DNA of 64,000 nt from Candidatus Marinacidobacterales bacterium (GTDB lineage Bacteria; Acidobacteriota; Vicinamibacteria; Marinacidobacterales; SMYC01). The stretch's first letter is position 1, and the number at the start of each line of letters is the position of its first letter. Of the stretch, positions 57,200 through 64,000 are shown piece after piece. Where the stretch lies: the NCBI GenBank assembly GCA_965237955.1, contig OZ250169.1, positions 4,192,001 to 4,256,000 of the forward strand, in the 5' to 3' direction. The notes under the pieces were generated by a model, which worked only from the letters and a program-made list of their open reading frames with translations, did not search any database and had not been told where the DNA came from. The position numbers and the translations under genes were made by a program.

Positions 57200-58111
57200 T
57201 CACTGGTTCTGGTGTCGCACTGCCATTCCTGTGGCCACGAGCTCGCCGTTTCTGTGTCGGAGGCCACCCTCCGGCATCGGAGGACCGTCGTGATCTCTGA
57301 AGAACAAGGGCAGCCCCTCGGCGAAGTTGACCGGGTACGCCGCCGGGTCCTGTCGCTGATGATGGATGTGGATATGAGGCTCACTCGTGTTCCCGGAGTT
57401 ACCACAGCGCCCGATAGGCTGGCCCTCTTCGAGCAACTCTCCTGACGTCACCACCACGCTCCCTTCCTGGAGATGCGCAATGACTAGGTACGTTCCCGTC
57501 GTCGGCAGCTGGATCACGACGTGGTTGCCGAAGGGCGCTTTGAGATTCATCGAAGGCCGTCCGGGAACGACGTCCGGATCGCCATCATGAGAGGATGCGA
57601 CCGTCCCGGTCGCGGGAGCAAGGACCGGTACGTCGTAGCATCCATAGTCTTCCAGGTTCTCACTTCCAGTGAGATAGGGCGCGACGAACAGATCGTAGGC
57701 CCATCTCTGGTCCGGGACGATGGCGTGGTAGTTGACGTTGAGCGTGTCCCCACCCCACGCGACTTTGATAGGCTCGTTCGTCGGAAGCCGAACGGTTGCG
57801 GAGGGTGTCGTGGACTCGATGGAAGCGGGATAGGCAATGGCTAGAAACCCGAAGAACCAGGCGGCCGGTACCACCGCCGCCGCGCATCCGATGAGGCTGG
57901 CAAGAATGGTCCTGTCGAAACGCCGCTTCACCAGGGCGTAGACGGATACGACCAGCAACATAGCCAGCCCCAGGAGTGGCACCCCGATCTGAAACGTGTA
58001 CCAGGCGACGATGCCGGCCATCCCGCCACGAAGGATGACGACCCAGCAAAGACCCGAAGCTAGGAGGATCATCGCGAAGGGAAGCCATCTCAACCAGTTC
58101 GAGGTGTTCAC
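57200..58111 (-). CDS. Membrane-anchored M23 metallopeptidase
   Basis: Three TM segments, YH...AYD, AHL and GNSGNTSEPHIH. Confidence 0.88.
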   Translation of the reverse strand: MNTSNWLRWLPFAMILLASGLCWVVILRGGMAGIVAWYTFQIGVPLLGLAMLLVVSVYALVKRRFDRTILASLIGCAAAVVPAAWFFGFLAIAYPASIESTTPSATVRLPTNEPIKVAWGGDTLNVNYHAIVPDQRWAYDLFVAPYLTGSENLEDYGCYDVPVLAPATGTVASSHDGDPDVVPGRPSMNLKAPFGNHVVIQLPTTGTYLVIAHLQEGSVVVTSGELLEEGQPIGRCGNSGNTSEPHIHIHHQRQDPAAYPVNFAEGLPLFFRDHDGPPMPEGGLRHRNGELVATGMAVRHQNQ

Positions 58112-58434
58112 GCGCGCATTCTACGTCGGGAGAACGGTTTGCCGTGTTCGGTGCATGATTTCACATCAAGAAATCCCGTCGTACTTAGGAGTCGCGTGCG
58201 CCCAGTGTCTGGTTTTGCGGGACAGACCGCTGAGCCTGGGACCGATCGTGACGAGATGCCTCCCGCTCCGTGCTGCGCACCCGGTGTCGCCGAGGGGCTC
58301 TCTTATCTCCCGGAGTGATCTCGCATCTTTCAGGAAGGATCTCGTCGACGCTTGCCACCGGAAACAGAATTCCGTATGGTCAATAGAGGCCATAACCTCT
58401 CGGAAATCTCGAACCATCAAGGAGCTCAAGAGCT

Positions 58435-60225
58435 ATGGAGCTCGTGCATTGCCGCAGCTGCGACGTATTCAATCCGCCCGGGAGCACGGTGTGTCAGCAA
58501 TGTCACAAGCCGCTCTCTGAAGTCGCGGAGAATAGCCCATCCGCGCGACCTGAAGTCAAAGAGGGGCGGGATACCACTCCGGCGGAGGGTGCGGCACCCG
58601 CCGAATCGACGCCGCCTCCATTCGAAGCCTCCCCCGAGGTGCTCGCCCAGGTAGAAAGGCTGCAGCAGCGGATTGCGGAAAGCCCGGACGCCAAGGCTCT
58701 CTACCTGCAGCTTTCAAAAATTTACGTCGACACCGGCCGTAAGGACCTTGCCATCGGTGTTATGGAGCAACTCCTCACGGTAGATCCGAGAGACGTCTAC
58801 ATCCAACACCGGCTCGATCAGCTGAAGAACCCAGTGGCAGCTCCGGTGCCCTCGTCTCGCGGGACGGTGGCATCGCGTCCACGCCCGCGGCCGCGGCCAC
58901 CCTCCGGCCCATTGGAGAAGGCACGCGAGCTGGCGTTTCGTCGCCCGAAGCTCCTCGTCCTTGCGGCGGCGGGGATCCTCCTTGCAGTAGTGGTCATCCG
59001 GGTGTTGTTTCCCTCGACGCGTCTGATCGCATCGGGCGAGTTCCGGGCGTATGGGGCAGAGTGGTCCCCGACGGGTCGCCACTTCGCCTTCCTGATCGAG
59101 AAGAGCCAGAGCGTAGAACTGGCGGTCTATGACATGCGCGAAGACTCTTACCGGATCTTGAGCGATATCTCGGGATGGGACGCTTCGGCATTCGCCTGGT
59201 CGCCCGATGGGCAGCGTCTCGCCTACGAGGGAGACCCTGCCGAAGGGGACTGGCAGGAGACCATCTGGGTGGCCGAGGTTACGAGCGGCGAGACGCGCCG
59301 CGTAGGGAATGGCTCCTCCCCGGTGTGGTACCTCGACGGAGCGAACTTGCTCGTGGCTTGCACCCCGGAGTACGGCTCCGTAGATTTCGGCTCCGTTGGG
59401 AACTGGCTCGAGAAGTGGGCTCAGCCGTCTCATAACGTCTGCCGTCTCAATGTAGATACGGGACAGAGCCGGGACGTTGCGCAGGTCGACGCTCGGGACC
59501 TCTCGTTTTCTTCGGTGCTCAACAAGATCGCTTTCAACCATGTGGAGTTCGACGAGGGTGCGCTCGAGTCGGGCCTCGAGCTCCAACAACAGGAGTTCGA
59601 GGGCTTTATCGACAGAGTACTCTCGGATGACCCCCATAACGTTCTCGAGGGCACCCGGGATCTGTCGCGCGAGCTCGAGGCACGCAGCTACATGGAGGGG
59701 AAGCGAGGCGACGGATCCACGGAGCCGCCTCCCTTCACGAGCGACGTCTTCGTCATGGACCTCATCGGCACGCGACCGAGCCAGATCACGAACGATGGTC
59801 GCTCGTCATTCATTTCCTGGACTCCCGACGGTCGACGAATCCTCTACCAGACCGCCGGCGCCTCGGGAGCCGAAGTGTGGACGATGAATCCCGATGGTAG
59901 CGACCGGCAGGTGGTGATCCCCGCTTCGCTCGATATCGTCGACCCACGCTCGGTGAGGCTCACGGCGGACGGCAAGTACGCTCTGTTCGTCGCACCGGTG
60001 GAAGCGGATCTAGCGATGGCCAAAATCATGACCGGAGAGAGTCCAGCCGACGTACACATTGTGACCATCGGTTCGACGACCGCCACACGGCTCGAGAACC
60101 AGCACCCGTTCAAGCAACGGTACGCGCTGTCTCCTGACGGAAAGCGCTTCGTCTACGAGGTACTGACTGACGTCAAGCTTCTGCAGCGAGCCGCACACAG
60201 CGAGCTCTGGCTCATGTCCCGTTGA
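58435..60225 (+). CDS. Zn-ribbon, TPR-like, TM and TolB-like beta-propeller protein
   Basis: CRSC...CQQC, helical segment, Pro/Arg linker, TM helix and WSPDG-type repeats. Confidence 0.82.
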   Translation: MELVHCRSCDVFNPPGSTVCQQCHKPLSEVAENSPSARPEVKEGRDTTPAEGAAPAESTPPPFEASPEVLAQVERLQQRIAESPDAKALYLQLSKIYVDTGRKDLAIGVMEQLLTVDPRDVYIQHRLDQLKNPVAAPVPSSRGTVASRPRPRPRPPSGPLEKARELAFRRPKLLVLAAAGILLAVVVIRVLFPSTRLIASGEFRAYGAEWSPTGRHFAFLIEKSQSVELAVYDMREDSYRILSDISGWDASAFAWSPDGQRLAYEGDPAEGDWQETIWVAEVTSGETRRVGNGSSPVWYLDGANLLVACTPEYGSVDFGSVGNWLEKWAQPSHNVCRLNVDTGQSRDVAQVDARDLSFSSVLNKIAFNHVEFDEGALESGLELQQQEFEGFIDRVLSDDPHNVLEGTRDLSRELEARSYMEGKRGDGSTEPPPFTSDVFVMDLIGTRPSQITNDGRSSFISWTPDGRRILYQTAGASGAEVWTMNPDGSDRQVVIPASLDIVDPRSVRLTADGKYALFVAPVEADLAMAKIMTGESPADVHIVTIGSTTATRLENQHPFKQRYALSPDGKRFVYEVLTDVKLLQRAAHSELWLMSR

Positions 60226-60242
60226 GCCCCGTTTAGGCGACG

Positions 60243-61130
60243 ATGCTGGTTCTCCTTCCGTCGGGAACGGAGCAGCCGTTCCGCGCCGCGCGAGTCACGT
60301 TAGCGCTGATTGTCGTGAATCTGCTCGCCTTTCTGCTCACGTCCCCGAACGAGGGCCAAAAGCTCGCCGAGCGCGAAGCCGAGCTCGAGCGTATCGCCGA
60401 GTGGTCGCTACGACAGCCACGCCGGCAAAACGCCGAGCTCGATGAGCGAGCCAGTCGCTTCCCGACCACACTCGCCTTCCTTGACCAGGACGATTCGTGG
60501 CTATCCGAAGTCGAGGCGTCGGAGGAAAGGGAGCGGCTGAACTCGTGCCTCGAAGACTATCGAGAGATCCGGGTCAGTCATCCGTTCTATCGGCACGGTT
60601 TCGTACCTTCCGAAATCGGAATCCGGCAATTGTTTCTGCACCAGTTCCTGCACGCCGACTTTCTGCACCTGGCGTTCAACATGCTCTTCCTCTGGGCGGT
60701 CGGCGCCCTCGTGGAGCTGATCCTCGGCTATCGCCTCTTTCTCGCCGCTTACATCGCGAGCGGCGTTGCTGCGGCTCTGACACACGCCGCGCTCAACCCG
60801 GCGAGCTCCGAGCCGGCCATCGGCGCGTCGGGAGCAGTTGCCGGCGTGATGGGCATGCTCGCGGTCCTTCACGGGAGTCGCCCCATGCGCCTCGTGCTCG
60901 TCGCCATGGTGGCGCTCGCGCCGCGTATCATCTTCTTCTCGCTGCCGGCATACGCGTTCATCGGGCTCTGGTTGTTGGAGCAGATCTTCTTCGCCTCCTT
61001 GGGCTCGACCGTGCTCGGCGTCGCTTTCGGCGCGCATCTGGGCGGTTTCTTCTTTGGAACCCTCGCGGCGCTGGCTTACCGCGCGCTCCGCGGCACGCCG
61101 CGAGAGCTCGAGCTCGCGCCCGAGGACTGA
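60243..61130 (+). CDS. Rhomboid intramembrane serine protease
   Basis: FLH...HLAFNM, GASG and AHLGG motifs. Confidence 0.93.
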   Translation: MLVLLPSGTEQPFRAARVTLALIVVNLLAFLLTSPNEGQKLAEREAELERIAEWSLRQPRRQNAELDERASRFPTTLAFLDQDDSWLSEVEASEERERLNSCLEDYREIRVSHPFYRHGFVPSEIGIRQLFLHQFLHADFLHLAFNMLFLWAVGALVELILGYRLFLAAYIASGVAAALTHAALNPASSEPAIGASGAVAGVMGMLAVLHGSRPMRLVLVAMVALAPRIIFFSLPAYAFIGLWLLEQIFFASLGSTVLGVAFGAHLGGFFFGTLAALAYRALRGTPRELELAPED

Positions 61131-61166
61131 GTACTTCGCCCTTCAGATATCGGATACTTCGCCGCG

Positions 61167-63233
61167 TTATGGATTCTCGGTAGGTTTCACCTCTACCTCT
61201 TCTTCCTCCGCGTCGCCCGGCGCCGTTTCCCAAACGTAGTCCCGATCCCTCACGTGCTTTTCGAACCAGTCGAGCTCGACGTTGACTTTGAAGAGCTCGT
61301 GCCGCAGCTCGCGCCATCCGTGGGGCTCGCGAGGAGCGATGTACAAATGCGTCGGCACGCCGTTCGCTTTGAGGGCACGATAGAGCTCGACGGATTGTGG
61401 CGGCGGCACGCGGACGTCGTTCTCACCCACGAGAATGATCGTCGGCGTCGTGACTTTGTAGATATCCTTCAACGGTGATTGTCCCCAATAGGTATCGATG
61501 GGCGCGTCCTCCTGCCACGGCGTGCCCCCGAACCACGGCGTCCGGTAGATGCGCACGTCGCTCTGCGCGTACATGGAGATCCAGTTGACCGCTCCCGCCC
61601 CCGACGAAGCGGCCTTGAAACGGTTGGTGTGGGTGATGATCTTGTTGGTCATGTGGCCGCCACCGCTCCAGCCCATCTTCGCCATCCGATCGCCGTCGAC
61701 GAAGCCTTCGTCGATCAGGTGATCGACGCCCGTCATCACGTCCAGATGGGACTGGCGAAAATAATGCCCCACCATGTCGCGCAGTACCTCGTCGCCGTAG
61801 CCGGTGCTTCCACGATAGTTGGGCTTGAGGACGAAGTACCCCATCGCGCTGAGCACCTGTACGTAACGGTTCCATCTCCCGAAACCGAACCTGTCCGACG
61901 ACGCCGGTCCGCCATGCGTCTGGACAACAAGGGGATGGCTCGTGCCTCCTTGGTAGTCCAGCGGATAATAAAGAAGACCCTCGACCTCCGCCCCGTCGTC
62001 GCCTTTCCACTGGATCGCCTCTTGCCGCGGGAGCTCGAAATCCTGGTCGAGATGGTCGTACACATGGGTAATCCGGACGGGACCGGCGCCTCCATCGGCG
62101 GGGATCGAGTGCACATCGCCCGCGTTCGTAGGCTCGTCGATACCGAAGATGTGTCTTTCCAGCTGCGGGACGTACTGCCAGCCTAACAGTGAATGGTCGC
62201 CCTGCGTCAACTGAGTGCTCGCCTCCGAAGCCACGTCGACTTTGAAGAGCTCGCTGCGTACTCCGGTGTTAGCCGCGAAGTAGATCGCCGAACCGTCCTT
62301 CGACCAGTAGGCGTTCTGGACCTCGTGAGGCATGTCCTCGACCAGCATCCGGTGCGCTCCGCCCGATGCCGGTACGAGGAAGATGTTGTCGTTGTAATAG
62401 GTCTCGAAATCCTCGTTCGAGTCGGAGCGAAAGAGGACCCACTGGCCGTCGGGCGAGAGCTCGGCCCCGTACTCCGAGACCGTATTGTCGGTGAGCTTCA
62501 CGGCCTCGCTTCCATCGGAGCTCATGAGCCACACTTCGCCCTCGTCCCGGTTGTCGAACAGAGGCGTCGGTGTGCGGTGGTGCGCGACCTTCGCGCCGTC
62601 GCGGGAAAGCCGGTAGCCACCGACGGAGAAATCACCGTCCGTGATGCGCTCCTCGGTTTTGGCTTCTACCGAGATGCGCCACAGATGTTGTTGCTTGTAA
62701 TCTTCGTCGAAGGCGAGAACATCGTCCTTCAGCTCGTCTTTCTTCTTTTCCTCGTCGGTCTTCGGGTCGGGCGCGACGAAATAAATGTGCTTGCCGTCCC
62801 GTGACCACTCGATCCTCGAGACCGAGGCGTCGTGCTCCGTCAGAGGCGCCGCTTCCCCGCCCTGGTTGCTGAGCAGATAGATCTGCGCGTTCTCTTCCTC
62901 ACCGCGCTCAGCGATGAAGGCGATGAGCCGACCGTCCGGCGACCACCGGGGACTTTGCTCCCCCTTCTCACCGTTTGTGAGCTGCACGGCGTCGCCACCC
63001 TCGGTGTCCACCCGCCAAATGTGACTCACCCGCTTGTTGGCCTTCCAGTCGGCCTCGCCGAGCGTGTAGACGAGCTGGCTTCCATCCGGAGACATCCGGG
63101 GTTCCCCGAGCCGCGGCACTTCGAGAAGATCGACGATCGTCATCGCGCGCTTCGTCTGCCCCAAGGCGAACGTCGACAAAAAACATCCCAGGAACAACAG
63201 AACGATTTTTCCCAAGGTCATGACGCCCTCCAT
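61167..63233 (-). CDS. S9 family peptidase
   Basis: Signal peptide, propeller repeats, HGGP, GWSGGG, DVRVP and EPHG. Confidence 0.93.
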   Translation of the reverse strand: MEGVMTLGKIVLLFLGCFLSTFALGQTKRAMTIVDLLEVPRLGEPRMSPDGSQLVYTLGEADWKANKRVSHIWRVDTEGGDAVQLTNGEKGEQSPRWSPDGRLIAFIAERGEEENAQIYLLSNQGGEAAPLTEHDASVSRIEWSRDGKHIYFVAPDPKTDEEKKKDELKDDVLAFDEDYKQQHLWRISVEAKTEERITDGDFSVGGYRLSRDGAKVAHHRTPTPLFDNRDEGEVWLMSSDGSEAVKLTDNTVSEYGAELSPDGQWVLFRSDSNEDFETYYNDNIFLVPASGGAHRMLVEDMPHEVQNAYWSKDGSAIYFAANTGVRSELFKVDVASEASTQLTQGDHSLLGWQYVPQLERHIFGIDEPTNAGDVHSIPADGGAGPVRITHVYDHLDQDFELPRQEAIQWKGDDGAEVEGLLYYPLDYQGGTSHPLVVQTHGGPASSDRFGFGRWNRYVQVLSAMGYFVLKPNYRGSTGYGDEVLRDMVGHYFRQSHLDVMTGVDHLIDEGFVDGDRMAKMGWSGGGHMTNKIITHTNRFKAASSGAGAVNWISMYAQSDVRIYRTPWFGGTPWQEDAPIDTYWGQSPLKDIYKVTTPTIILVGENDVRVPPPQSVELYRALKANGVPTHLYIAPREPHGWRELRHELFKVNVELDWFEKHVRDRDYVWETAPGDAEEEEVEVKPTENP

Positions 63234-63334
63234 GAATCAGAACGGCTAGTATACTTTCAGGTCAGCTACGCCCCCGGCCGGAGGCCGGGCCTATCAAGTA
63301 GGAAACTACCAAAGCTGGTAGAAAGGTTGTCGGT

Positions 63335-63489
63335 GAAGGCTCCGGCAGCGAGCCCCGTACTGTCATTGGTGCATGATGCCCCAGGGTCAGCTTGGGTCCG
63401 AGCCGGCTCCCTATCATTGGCGAGGCTTCCAACGAAAGCACTCCCCACGGTCAGAATCCATTCGATCGCCATCTCGGGCCGGAGCCTTC
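63335..63489 (+). ncRNA. Candidate IS110 bridge RNA
   Basis: Perfect 12-bp closing stem around two homologous internal modules, directly upstream of the IS110 ORF. Confidence 0.65.
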
Positions 63490-63517
63490 GCTCACAAAAT
63501 ACACTTGAGGTGAGCGA

Positions 63518-64000
63518 ATGAACAAACGAAGGAAGAGCAAAGCGGCGAAGCGTCTCTCACGGAATTCCCTGCCGTCGATACGACCGATGGTAGCGGGCAT
63601 CGATCTCGGGAGTCGAGAGCATTGGGTCTGCGGTCCGCAGCTAGCTGATGGTCGGCCGAACGTGCGGGTGTTTTCCACGACAACGCCGGCGCTGGTTGAG
63701 CTTGCGGATTGGCTTATCGAGCAAGGTGTGGAGTCGGTGGCGATGGAAAGCACCCACGTCTATTGGATTCCGGTTTATGAGTTGCTCGAATCCCGTGGTA
63801 TCGAGGTCGTTCTTGTCAACGCTCGGCAGCTGAAGAACGTTCCGGGTCGCAAAACCGATATGCAAGATTGTCAATGGCTGCAGACGTTACACAGCTGCGG
63901 ACTTCTGCGTGGCTCGTTTCGCCCGGGGGAGTCGATTTGCCGATTACGCTCGATGCACCGGCAGCGTCAAGAACTAATCGAGCATCGGGGCCAAGCCGTC
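63518..64000 (+). mobile_element. IS110 family recombinase/transposase (runs off the window; absent from the ORF track)
   Basis: AGIDLG, VAMESTHVYW and VPGRKTDMQDCQWL DEDD motifs; RBS GAGGTG. Confidence 0.93.

Overview
High-GC bacterial window. The gene set (Ser/Thr kinase-TolB proteins, S9 peptidase, BNR glycosyl hydrolase, VIT-vWA protein, sulfatases) suggests Acidobacteriota, but that is an inference. The region is heavily eroded. Intact metabolic and envelope genes alternate with IS elements from about nine groups (IS5, IS3 x3, IS21, ISAzo13, IS630, ISL3, IS91 remnants, IS110, rve-integrase remnants), nested insertions, two MITE families and many pseudogenes (nonsense codons, frameshifts, internal deletions). 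I found no rRNA, tRNA or CRISPR array. The strongest leads are: (1) an IS110 recombinase preceded by a structured leader with two homologous loops, a candidate bridge RNA; (2) a 133-bp MITE in two copies alongside its likely autonomous IS630 partner; (3) a dispersed family of ~20-bp element ends at many breakpoints, including an 80-bp mini-element with an IHF site; (4) an IS-truncated TIR-domain gene; (5) a 907-aa all-coiled-coil protein with a structured leader; (6) an amidase with a separate Tat-signal partner; and (7) a Zn-ribbon/TPR/TM/beta-propeller gene next to a rhomboid protease. All calls come from reading motifs by eye; no searches were run.
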